From: Somniosus microcephalus
Taxonomy: Eukaryota
Assembly (NCBI GenBank): GCA_052327205.1
Contig: CM126228.1
Coordinates: forward strand, 23,684,001-23,748,000
Direction of reading: 5' to 3'
Length of the DNA stretch: 64,000 nucleotides
The first letter of the stretch is position 1. Every line of letters begins with the position of its first letter. Shown piece by piece: positions 13,549 to 24,978 of the stretch. Made by a program: the position numbers and the translations under genes. The notes under the pieces are model-generated. The model had not been told where the DNA came from. It saw nothing but the letters and a program-made list of their open reading frames with translations, and did no database searches.

Positions 13549-14866
13549 TCTATCTATATATCTATATATATAAATCGGTACTTCTGTCATTCTGTCTATC
13601 TGTCTGTCATCGCGTGTGCGTTGCGGGTATGCACTCGAAAGTTACAGGGCGTACCTACGCGCGCGTTACCTCCAAAGAAAGCTTACGCTTCCGAGACGGT
13701 TTTAAGCGTATTTACGTTTCGGCCGGGCTAAAATTGCGCCCGCGGTATCCCAAAAACCTTCAACATTCTGCTCATTAGCATCTCATTATCCGCTCATTAG
13801 CGACAGAGTGACCTCGAGCTCGACCAATCGTACGCCGGGTTGCTGGCGTGTGCCGCCGGGCCAATCGGTGCGCGTGTGGCCGGGCTTTATCGTTCTGAAC
13901 CGAGGTGAGTCGCCGCCATCTTGATTCCAAACTTTTCCTTTCTTTTTCCCGCTTTCTGTGTCTTAAAAAAAAACGTTGCTTTTAAAACACATTGTTTTTT
14001 AAAAAAATGATTTAGAAAGTAATTAACTTATCTAATCTCATTAATTTTCCTACCTTTCCCCGTTTTTCCAGGTAGGCCTAGAAGCCTCGGCGTCTCCTCC
14101 GCACCCACGCCCGAGCTAGGCACCTCCCGGCCCCACTCGAAGGCTGGAGGGCCGAGCCTCAGCCCAGCGCCGCTAGGGTGCGCGCGCAGCAGGAGCGGAG
14201 ACGTCTCTCTCTGCCGGGGCTTGCTGAGCGTCCAGCGTTACCCTGGCAACGGGCGCAATCGGCGGTCTTCACCTCGGGGGGAGCGGCCGCGACCCTCAAG
14301 GGGGGGGGGGGGGGCCGCGCGCGCAGCAGGAGCAGCTGAGACGCGGCGTCTCTCTCTCTGGCTTGGTCAGCGTCACGGTTGCCCTGGCAACCGGGCCCGC
14401 CAGCCAAGAGAGACGCTGCGTCTCAGCTCCTGCTGCGCGCGCGCGCAATCGGCGGTCTTCACCTCCGGGGGGGGGGGGGGGGGCGGCGACCCTCGGGGGG
14501 GGGGGGTGCGCCCGCCGCCCTCCCTCCCCTCCATCCCCCCCTCCCCTCCCCCGCCCTCCCTCCCCGCCCTCCCTCCCCTCCCCTCCCCCCGCCCTCCCTT
14601 CCCCTCCCCTCCCCCCGCCCTCCCTTCCCCTCCCCTCCCTTCCTTCCCCCCTCCCCTCCCTTCCTTCCCCCCTCCCCTCCCTCCCTTCCCCGCCCTCCCC
14701 CCCTCCCTCCCCCTCCTCTCTTCCCCCCAGTCGCTCTCTCTCTTCCCCCCAGTCGCTCTCTCTCTTCCCCCCGTCGCTCTCTCTCTTCCCCCCGTCGCTC
14801 TCTCTCTCTCTTCCAACAACAACATGCCCTCGAAAAAGCCTCGGCACCGCCGGGCACTTCAGCTAG
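13549..14866 (+). mobile_element. Non-autonomous Helitron (1318 bp)
   Basis: Starts 5'-TC (TCTATCTATATATCTATATATATAAAT) after a host A and ends CTAG-3' before a host T. A subterminal GC hairpin GCCTCGGC-ACC-GCCGGGC lies about 8 nt before CTAG. There is no TSD, and a TCTG microsatellite sits near the 5' end. Confidence 0.8.
14505..14813. repeat. C-rich polypyrimidine low-complexity tract plus about 4 copies of a ~21-nt unit (GTCGCTCTCTCTCTTCCCCCC)
   Basis: Seen directly. It produces the spurious Pro-rich and Gly-rich ORFs in the track. Confidence 0.9.
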
Positions 14867-14997
14867 TATCTAATAAAGATGTTCAAGTTATATTTGGTGA
14901 AAGCAGCTGGTAATGGGCATTATGTAATAAGCAACCACCAACAATGGATATCTGAATTAAGCTTGCTCTTCATGGTATAACTGTCTTCATGGTATAC

Positions 14998-15171
14998 CTG
15001 ATCTATTTGATCCTGTTGTCCCTTGTACACAGTTTCTGGGTCAGATGGGGGTCTCAGGTGAAATTCAGAGTCACAGAAATTTCCATCTCCATCCACGTTG
15101 TGTAAACTCTCCCAGACCACCTTCTCTTCTGTAAGAAAGCCCTGGTCTGTCACCAGTAGATACAGCTGGCC
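14998..15171 (-). CDS. MINDY2: MINDY2 coding exon (174 nt): GQLYLLVTDQGFLTEEKVVWESLHNVDGDGNFCDSEFHLRPPSDPETVYKGQQDQIDQ
   Basis: Acceptor TAATAG and donor GTATAC. 58 codons. The RPPSDPETVYKGQQDQIDQ linker matches MINDY2 rather than MINDY1. Confidence 0.97.
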
Positions 15172-16454
15172 CTATTAAATTAAAAAGAAAGAAAATATGG
15201 TTTACATATAGGCAGCACAACTAATTCAACTTGGACTTCATTTCAGTCCGAGTTTTATCTAAAGAAGAAAACAGTGAAAAAACTAATGTGAAAGGTTTAG
15301 TTAGCTCAGCTAATTAACTGCACTCCTGAACAGCAGTTCAGAACTATTCCTATCCTCTATACGCAGTGTGTCCTGGGGCATTTTTGTCACCATTCTGAAT
15401 AAACTTGAAACTGTAGCTCATGTGCCCAAAAAAATCATTGCGAGTAAATGTTACCTCAGACATACATTAACATTGCAGTTTATGCCCAGCAAGCTCAGAT
15501 TTGAGTGATTAATAGAAATATACTATAATGTTCTTTATAAAGTCCCGATTATGTAGCATTGTACGATGCAGTCGGTCAACATTGCCCTTTCAACCTTGAA
15601 ACTGAATCCAGCCCAGACAGAAGAGTCTCCTCACTGCAGCCAAGTGAAACAACTTTGGGCTGCATCAACACGATGTCCACAAAATTCAACATTGAATTGA
15701 AAAGGCCACAAAGATGGTTGGTGCAGAAAATGGAATGTTCACACTGGTACACCAAGCACTCCCGAAAGGTTGGGGCAGAATGCTCTGCTCTGCATTAACC
15801 CATGATTTTCCCAAGTGGGTAGCACTTGATGTGCGTCAAAAAGCAGACAATGATTCCCTGGTAACCATAAATGAAATAAATCAAACAACGCACTATTGAC
15901 TTACTGTGGCCATGTACTTGGTTTACAGCTGAAAGACAGCCATCACCGCAGCTCTCAGACATAAATAGAATTACTACAGTTTAAAAGAAAGTTCTGGCAT
16001 AAAAATAAATGATTATTTCTAAACCAAAAAATTACTTTACACCTCTCAACCGCACTTGTTAACTTTTTACCTATTATCTCCAGTAGACTCCTTTTTATCT
16101 CCATCTCCCAAACAAAAAGCTACTATATTTGCATGAAAGGTATTTGCGAGAAACAGGCTCGTTAATAAAGAGTATGTCTAATGAAAAATATGAATATGCA
16201 CATTAATCACCTAATCACATTTTTCTTCTCCAGTGCAGTATATCTGCAGTGGGCCCAAGAATCTGTATTTGAACTGAAAGAAAAGTGGCATCATTTGGTG
16301 AAGGAAAGGAGATCTCGAACAGGCCACGTAGGGCAACAACAGACTTCATTTGGTTACAGAATGGGAAAGAAGTTCAGTGCAGTTTAACAGAAGTTGTTTT
16401 CCAACCACTGCAAAGCCTTGCATGAGTGAGTGGGTAACTAACTTAATTGGGAAC

Positions 16455-17412
16455 AGTACTCAGGGCAGTGTCCTAGGCACAACCATCTTCAGCTGCTTCA
16501 TCAATGACCTTCCCTCCAACAGGTGGTCAGAAATGGGGATGTTCGCTGATGACTGCACAGTGTTCAGCGCCATTCACAACTCCTCAGATAATGAAGCAGT
16601 CCATGCCCGCATGCAACAAGATCTAGACGATGTTCAGGCTTGGGCTGATCTGTGGCGCGAATGTTACCTGCCACTTAAGTGCCAGGCAATGACTATCTCC
16701 AACAAACGAGAGTCTAACCACTGTACTTGACATTTAACGGCATTACCATCGCCGAATCCCCCACCATCAACATCCTGGGGGTCACCATTGACCAGAAACC
16801 TTAACTGGGCCAGCCACATAAATACTGTGGCAACAAGAGCAGGTCACAGGCTGGGTATTCTGCGGTGTCTCACCTCCTGACTCCCCAAAGCCTTTCCACC
16901 ATCTACAAGGCACAAGGAGTGTGATGGAATACTCTCCACTTGCCTGGATGAATGCAGCTCCAACAACACTCAAGAAGCTCGACACCATCCAGGACAAAGC
17001 AGCCCGCTTGATTGGCACCCCATCCACCACCTTAAACATTCACTCCCTCCGCCACCAATGTACCGTGGCTGCAGTGTGTACCATCTACAAGATGCACTGC
17101 AGCAACTCCCAAACCCATGACTTCTTCCACCTAAAAGGACACGGGCAGCAGGCGCATGGGAACACCACCACCTCCAAGTTCCCCACCAACTCACATACCA
17201 TCCTGACTTAGAAGTATATCGGCAATCCTTAATCATCGCTGGGTCAAAGTCCTAGAACACTCTACCTAACAGCACTGTGAGTACCTTCACCACACGGACT
17301 GCAGCGGTTCAAGGCGGCGGCTCACCACCACCTTCTCAAGTGCAATTAGGGATGGGCAATAAATGCTGGCCTTGCCAGCGACGCCCACATCCCATAAACG
17401 AATAATAAAAAA
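16455..17412 (+). mobile_element. 5'-truncated LINE of the CR1/L2/Crack group (RT C-terminal half plus 3' tail)
   Basis: QGSVLG...FINDLP...FADD RT motifs with frameshifts. The tail is GGATGGGCAATAAATGCTGGCCTTGCCAGCGACGCCCACATCCC followed by an A-rich end. Confidence 0.9.
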
Positions 17413-19784
17413 CTCTTGCAGAATAAAACTAACTGCACATTCAAGGTGCTATTTAATTGACTATTTACCCAGAAATACCATGGATTTCACTTTTGTTTTG
17501 ACGAATGCGTATAGTATTATCTACACACCATCAGATCCATGCGTTGGAAAAAACAAATTTCCAATATAATCTATGCAAGAGGCTTCCGTTTCTCTCTCTA
17601 CCCAGGTGCAGAAGGTGTTGTAGACCAGGCTTAAATTATATACAGGGACAATTATCATTCAAAATTTATAAACAGGCAGCAATGGAAAGAAAGAACTTAC
17701 ATTATGCAGCATCTTGGGATGTTCCAAAGCGATCTACAGCCAATTATTTTCTTTTGAAGTGCAGTCACTGATATTATATAGGCAAATACAGCAGCCAATT
17801 TGTACACAGCATATTTCTACAAGCAGCAAATGAATTAACTAGCCAGATCATCTGTTTTTGGTGTTGTTGCATGAGGGCGGAATATTGGCCAAGACACCAT
17901 AAATAACTCACTGGTCTTCTTTGAATAATGCCCTGGTCGACAGATAGTAAAAGATAGATTTCACCATTTATCGGCCCGGCATAAATTCTGTACCCTAGTC
18001 ACCGACTCCATCCCCCTCTCTGGCAATCTGCTCAAGCTAGATGTGGATTATAAGACTTCTCTACATCCCACACTGAATTTGTAGTTCTCGCTGAAACAGA
18101 GGTTGGTTTCCAATAACCAGCACCTTAGACAGGTGGTCACTTCGATTTATGGAATTTTTATCTGCTATAAAATAAAAAAAGTTTTAAATGCCTTTCTCAT
18201 ATCTGTTATTAGCTTGACATTTATGTGGGATGAAAAGTGCAATCTGACCATCTGCAGTTTCACCTGTTATTAGATTAACACTTTAATATGCAATATACTA
18301 AACTTATATTTAACAATGAAATGTGAAACATTTGATGATGATCTGAATTTTCAGTGTTAATAAATTATAAACTAGTGTTCTGGAAGTTTCAACGACCATA
18401 TTTTTGCGATTCTTAATTCAAAGGGTTCATCTTGAACTTTGAGCTCAATTGAAGTCTATGCTCAGTCTTCCTGCTCTGGATATTCTAATGGGAGAGGTGG
18501 TAGAAGGCACTGAATTCCCTTTTGCACTGCAATCTGTAAATGCTTGCTGGTTGACCCAACAGTATCACTGCCTTTATAGGACGGGCCGCCTGGTGCTCCA
18601 AATCGAAGTAGATGATGTGAACAAGGTGATGGGAAAGGTGAAAACAGAAAAATAAATACATGTATGCATTTCAAAATAAGTATTAACATAATCCACAGAA
18701 ATGGATTGAGCAATGCATGTTCTACTCACATTGAAACAAGGTTGAACTGCAATACTAATAAATTCCTCTAGATGGGGGTACAGAATTAATAAGTCTTTTA
18801 AGCTTAGGAAGTCAGATCTCCATGTTTTGCTGGTTCGAAGGCACACTACCTTTAGAAGTGATTTGGAAATAATTTGTTTAGCATGTGATATTAGAAATAC
18901 ATGTACAATTCCTCATTTTGTCCATTTAAAAGGCTGATACTAAAAGCAATTTAAGCACTAGAAGCTAGGTTTATTGCAAAAACTAAATGACCCTCTCATT
19001 GTAAGCATGCGTTTTTGAGCTATAGAAGGTGTGCCAGTTGAGAACACACGTGTGCCACATTGAGTTGTGAGTACATAACAAATAGAAATACCAACAGATT
19101 AGAATTGTGCTTTGTAAATACAGAAACAAAATGGAAAATTATGGAAAATAAGAACAGAGCTATTGTTTAATATGTTAATAGAGTCTAGGAAAAATGGGAA
19201 GAATATTTTAAAAAACTGGGCAATAAGATGACATCTGGAACAGAGTCTGGGAACTGTTATACCACAGAGTAGTCGCCCAAAAAACTTTGAAGACATGTTC
19301 CAATGAGCTGTATAGACAAAGCTATTGGATTGTAAGGCAAGAGCTAAGCGGCAGCACAACTTCAAGGCTCATAACTTACGTTTAACTTTAAGAACTGGTC
19401 TAAATGCAACAGAAACAAGCCAACTAACGCTTGCGCTACTTGATGTGCACTCTATGCAGAATTTGTATCCAAAGGGAAGAGAGGTTATCTTTCGTTGAAA
19501 AAGAGCAAGTAACTGTTCATGAATGCAGCAAATCATTTTCAATTGGTCCTGATGTGCACCATCAACAATTTCACAAACTACTATGTAGTCATCAGATACT
19601 GGGCAGGTCACGTTAAAACATGCTCTGGGAATAATTAACTGAAAAAGAAACCATTAACAGATGTGATTAAGTCGCTTAACTCCCTGATTAAATAAATAAC
19701 CCTGAACACCTTACAAGAAACTGGTTTCAACTAAGTTATTCTGTTAGAAATAGGTTGAGAATACAAGTGAGAATCAGGCTGAAC

Positions 19785-21870
19785 ATAGAAAGTTCAGAAA
19801 GGAAGTGAAAAAGAAAATAAATGGGGCAAAGAGAGAGTAGGAGAATAGATTGGCAGCTAACATAAAAGGAAATTCAAGTCTTCTATAGGCATATAAATAG
19901 TAAACTGGTGGTAAGAGGAGGGGTGGGGCTGATTAGGGACAAAAACAGAGACCTATGCATGGAGACAGAGGGCATGGCTGAGATACTAAATGAGTACTTT
20001 GCATCTGTCTTCACCAAGGAAGAAGATGCTGCCAAAGTCATAGTGAAAGAGGAGGTTGTGGAGATACTGGATGGGATAAAAATTGATAAAGAGGAGATAC
20101 TAGAAAGGCTGGCTGTACTTAAAGTAGATAAGTCACCAGGACCGGATGGGATGTATCCTTGGATGCTAAGGGAAGTCGGGGTGGAAATCGCAGCGGTTCT
20201 GCCCATAATCTTCCAATCCTCCTTAGATAGCAGTGGTGTCAGAGGACTGGAGAATTGCAAATGTTACATCCTTGTTCAAAAAAGGGTGTAAGGATAAGCC
20301 CAGCAACTACAGGCCAGTCAGTTTAACCTCGGTAGTGGGGAAGCTTTTAGAAACGATAATCAGGGACAAAATTAACAGTCACTTGGACAAGTGCGGATTA
20401 ATTAAGGAAATCCAGCATGGATTTGTTAAAGGCAAATCGTGTTTAACTAAGTTAAACATAGAAACATGGAAGACAGGAGCAGGAGTAGGCCATTCGGCCC
20501 CTCGAGCCTGCTCCGCCATTCATTTAGATCATGGCTGATCATCCAAACTCAGTACCCTGTCCCTGCTTTCTCCCCATATCCCTTGATCCCTTTAGCCTTA
20601 AGAAATATATCTAACTCCTCCTTGAATATACTTGATCAAGTTTTTTGATGAGATAACAGAAAGGGTTGATGAGAGCAATGCAATTGACGTGGTGTGCATG
20701 GACTTCCAAAAGGCGTTTGATAAAGTGCCACATAATAGGCTTGCCAGCAAAGTTGAAGCCCATGGAATAAAAGGGACAGTGGCAGCATGGATACGAAATT
20801 GGCTAAGTGACAGGAAACAGAGAGTAGTGGTGAACGGTTGTTTTTCGAACTGGAGGAAGGTATACAGTGGTATTCCCCAGGGGTCGGTACTAGGACCACT
20901 GCTTTTCTTGATATATATTAATGACTTGGACTTGGGTGTACAGGGCACAATTTCAAAATTTGCAGATGACACAAAACTCGGAAGTATAGTGAACAGTGAG
21001 AAGGATAGTGATAGACTTCAAGAAGACATGGACAGGCTGGTGAAATGGGTGGACACATGGCAGATGAACTTTAACGCAGAAAAGTGCAAAGGGATACATT
21101 TTGGTTGGCAGAATGAGGAGAGGCACCATAAACTAAAGGGTACAATTCTAAAGTGGGTGCATGAACAGAGGTATATGTCCACAAATCATTGAAGGTGGCA
21201 GGGCAGGTTGAGAAAGCGGTTAAAAAAGCATCCGGGATCCTGGGCTTCATAAATAAAGGCATAAGAGTACAAAAGCAAGAAAGTTATGAACCACCTTTAT
21301 AAAACACTGGTTCGGCCTCAACTGCATTATTGTGCCCAATTCTGGGCACTGCACTTTGGGAAGGATGTGAAGGCCTTAGAAAGGGTGCAGAAAAGATTTA
21401 CAAGAATAGTTCCACGGATGAGGGACTTCAGTTATGTGGATCGACTGGAGAAGCTGGGGCTGTTCGCCTTAGAGCAGAGAAGGTTGAGAGGAGATTTGAT
21501 AGAGGTGTTCAAAATCATGAGGGATCTGGACAGAGTCGATAGAGAGAAACTGTTCCCATTGGCAGAAGGGTTGAGAACCAGAGGACACAGATTTAAGGTG
21601 ATTGGCAGAAGAACCAAAGGCAACATGGGGAAAAACTTTTTTATGCAGCGAGTGGTTAGGATCTGGAATGCACTGCCTGAGAGGTGGTGGAGGCAGATTC
21701 AATCTTGACTTTCAAAAGGGAATTGGATAAGTACCTGAAGGAAAAAAAATTGCAGGGCTACGGGGAAAGGGCGGGGGAGTGGGACTAGCTGAAGTGCTCT
21801 TGCAGAGAGCCGGCACGGGCTCGATGGGCCGAATGGCCTCCTTCTGTGCTGTAACCATTCTATGATTCTA
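19785..21870 (+). mobile_element. CR1-type LINE, 5'-truncated, decayed ORF2 (RT)
   Basis: Motifs KSPGPDG, NYRPVSLTSVVGK, QHGF.KGKSCLT, DFQKAFDKV, PQGSVLGP and KFADD. Frameshifts are present, and it ends in an (ATTCTATG)n-type tail. Confidence 0.95.
20451..20630 (-). mobile_element. 180-bp HER1-like CR1 3' end nested antisense inside the LINE above
   Basis: Nearly identical to 26550-26720 and 50360-50535. Removing it restores KSCLTNLIKFFDE. Confidence 0.9.
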
Positions 21871-22929
21871 ACTACTATTGAACTTCATTGAAAGTGGACA
21901 CACTAGCTTCACATTGGTGAATTTACAGTAATGCAGCCCAGGTGCCAGGTAAGTCAATATTGGAAATTAAGAATTAAGTGCAGTTGTATAAATTTTGTAG
22001 TTATTTTCTTAAATGATAGTCAGTATCTCTTAATGCTAAGAAGAATTCTTTTATCATTAACTGCTCCTGAAATCTGTAGGTATGGAGTTATACAGTTCTT
22101 TTAACGTTTTTTTGTTTTTGAGTGCAGCCCTATAAAATGCAGCATGACAAGTATGTAAAAGCCAAATCAAAACATCATATTGTTGGCATCCTGGCACCAT
22201 GCCTAGGGATAATCGTAGGTATTGCAGTTTGCGCTGTTTAAGAAAGCTGACATCAGTTTCTTCTCACCTTTTAACAGCAGGTTACTAATACATTCAGATG
22301 TTTTTACAATGTGACTATAGCTTAATAAGTCCTACGCCTTTAGGCAGTGAAACTTAACATTCAAACGTACACATATTTTTAATTCAGAGAATCAAACATG
22401 GATTTTCAGTCAATTGCGCTGATATATAGAGTAAATTTAGAGAACACACCCCTCCATTGAACATTGCTTCATTCATTGTACTCTTGCAATTAAAATATGA
22501 TTTTTTTTTTGGTATAGAGATGCTACTGTATGACAGAATGCTGGGGTATTTTTAGTATTGTTTTCTTCCTTTCCCTGCTAATTTTCTTCCCATGCCTCTG
22601 TTAGAGTGCACTCAACACCTTTTAGAACAGATACCTCATCGAGTGTCAGTGGCTTCTTCAGTCACAGGCCATCACTCAAAGGCAAGACTGCGAGTCAGCC
22701 CTGCTCTACATCCGGACATGCTCACTGTAGCAGAGACCCCTGGATTGAGATTGGCAGTGGCAACCATGGCTGATTTTCCCCTCTCTAAGCTGGGTCACTG
22801 AGGTTGCTGCAGTGCTCCCGCTGCCATCTTGGCTATGGTTAGCTGGCTCAGCCCAGACTGGTGCTCAAACTTGGCAACTCCCTGGTTTGTATGATTTAGC
22901 TACTCATTGTTTGAACCAATCGAGTCAGT

Positions 22930-23335
22930 GTTATGCTAAACCTTTATGAAACACTGGTTAGGCACCAGCTGGAGTCTTGTGGCCAATTCTGGGCACCAAA
23001 CTTTAGGAACGATGCCAAGGCCTCAGAGAGGGTGCAGAGGAGATTTACTAAAATGGTACCAGGGATGAAGGACTTCAGTTACATGGAGAGACTAGAGAAA
23101 TTGAGGTTGTTCTCCTTAGCACAGAGAAGGTTAAGGGGAGAATTGATAGAGGTGTTCAAAATCGTGAAGGGTTTTGTATTTCCAAAGGGAATTGGATAAA
23201 TACATGAATGGAAAAACAAATTACAGGGCTTTGGGGAAAGAGGAGAGTGGGACTGATTGGATAGCTCTTTCAAAGAGCCAGTACAGGCACAATTGGCCGA
23301 ATGGTCTCCTTCTGCGCTGTATCATTCTATCTATG
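22930..23335 (+). mobile_element. CR1 3' fragment with an internal deletion
   Basis: LYETLVRHQLESCGQFWAP...ERVQRRFTKM. The 3' UTR resembles 21720-21870. Confidence 0.85.
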
Positions 23336-23766
23336 AGGTTGCTTAAGTAGGCCTCAACTGAAGATGGGTTTAACACCTTATGTGAAGTGGTTCTTCATGT
23401 AAAATAATGGAGTCATGTCAAAACAGCGATGGTGGTGACAGAAGACAATGTGGTACATCATTTTTTCCATTAAAAAATTTGAGTACATTGTCACAAATAC
23501 AATTTGCTTCAAGAAATTACACTTTTGCATCATAATTATAAATGTACAAAAATGACGAGCATCCTATCTTTTTGAAATAAAAATGGAATATTCCATAATA
23601 AGATTTTGCTCCTCTATTTGAACCTTCATTTTAGAGTTATTTTTCCACATAAAGACCACATCCTAAAGAATTTTAAAGTTCTTGCTTGGTCTCATGCAAT
23701 TCTCATCAGTATCTGTTCCCATCTCCACCCTAGTTCTGGTGATTAATTGATCTCTTTACACCCTTA

Positions 23767-24485
23767 GGCCTAGAAATTCACTTTGGGCCCGCCAGCTGGC
23801 GTGCGCCCAAAAGTTAGCGCTGAGCGCGGAGCCAGTTGCGACCGTCAGATATTCAGTTTTTGCGTCCCAAGTCGGAACCGGGCGCTATTCCAGGGTGTGC
23901 CCGCCCCCGCTTGGGGCGCTGAAACTGAATTTCAGCGCTCTAGGAGCCGCTGCGCCACCCGCTGCGGAGCGGCAGGCTGCGGTACTGCAGGCCTCCTCCT
24001 TCTCTGAAGGGGGAGGTGCCTGCAACGGGGAGATCGCCACTGGATAGTGCCGGCAAATGAGCCCGGCACCACGGAGAAGTGCCGGGTTCGCGGAAAGCAG
24101 CCGGGGGGGGGGGGGGGGGGGGGGGTGGAGGTGGAGGAGGCCGGGGCAGGAGGTGCGGGCAGGCGGCCGCCGAAAAAGCGGCCGGCCGCACCTCCACCTT
24201 AAAGCGCCCCACTAAGGCTACAGTACGGCCCCGTTTTCTGATCGCTGTTTGCGGCCGCTGTGGAAGAGGCGGCCGCAACTCAATATGGGGGTCGGGCCGG
24301 TAGCGGGGGCGGTAGCGGGGCACTGCGCACACCGATGACGTCATCGGTGCCAGCGCAGCGCTAACGGCTAACGCCGCCATTACCGCTGCGCTGAATATCA
24401 GTGCAAACTCCTCTATTGGCGCAGAAGCCCTCTTTGGGCGGTAACTGGCCGCAAAGCTGGCAGCGCCTTACTGAATTTCTAGGCC
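23767..24485. mobile_element. GC-rich PIF/Harbinger-like MITE, copy 1
   Basis: TIR GGCCTAGAAATTCA / TGAATTTCTAGGCC. The flanks are TTA and TTC, a 3-bp TSD with one mismatch. Confidence 0.82.
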
Positions 24486-24978
24486 TTCGTTTCTGAATAG
24501 TTACTGCTTTCTTCCCTCTTGCAATGTTTTTGCTATTTATCGATGCCTGTTAATGTTTTTCAGCTACAGAAATGCCCACGTTAAACACGTCCAACACCTA
24601 TTCAAGAACTAGTCCTTGAACACCAAGTTCCTTTCCCCCAAACAGGGATGACAGATCTCTCAGTCAGGCAGGCTATGCAAGGAGGGAGATACACAGTGTG
24701 AAACAGCAGATCTGACAGTTGCCAAAACCCACAGATGCCAGTTGTCCTGCCCGGTTATGAAATAGAAGGATGTGTGTATTTCTGCTGACATCCAAGTCAT
24801 ACAAAGTAGACAAAATTTTAAACATCCAAGTTACTAATCCTGCATCAGAAAAATGCAAAAAAAAAACCTTCACTGCCTGTAAATTAAAATGGAAACAATA
24901 TTTTAATCATACTTTTGAGAGTGAATAGCCTGTAAATACTAAATGAAGCTGCCATTTCTAAAACAAATAAATTGAAGA

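Noticed and set aside
14074-14083. AGGCCTAGAA match to the Harbinger-MITE TIR inside the Helitron
   Set aside because: It is only 10 bp with no partner TIR or TSD, which is compatible with chance.
14159-14913. Long Pro-rich and Gly/Glu-rich ORFs in all frames
   Set aside because: They arise from a stop-free C-rich low-complexity tract inside the Helitron and show no domain signature.
15560-15880. Possible LF-SINE-like ancient element
   Set aside because: There is only a short resemblance (GAATCCAGCCCAG), too weak to call without an HMM search.
23783-24380. GC-rich ORFs and an apparent CpG-island gene start (also 53139-53770)
   Set aside because: Both regions are bounded by TIRs and TSDs and are homologous copies of a MITE, not host promoters or genes.
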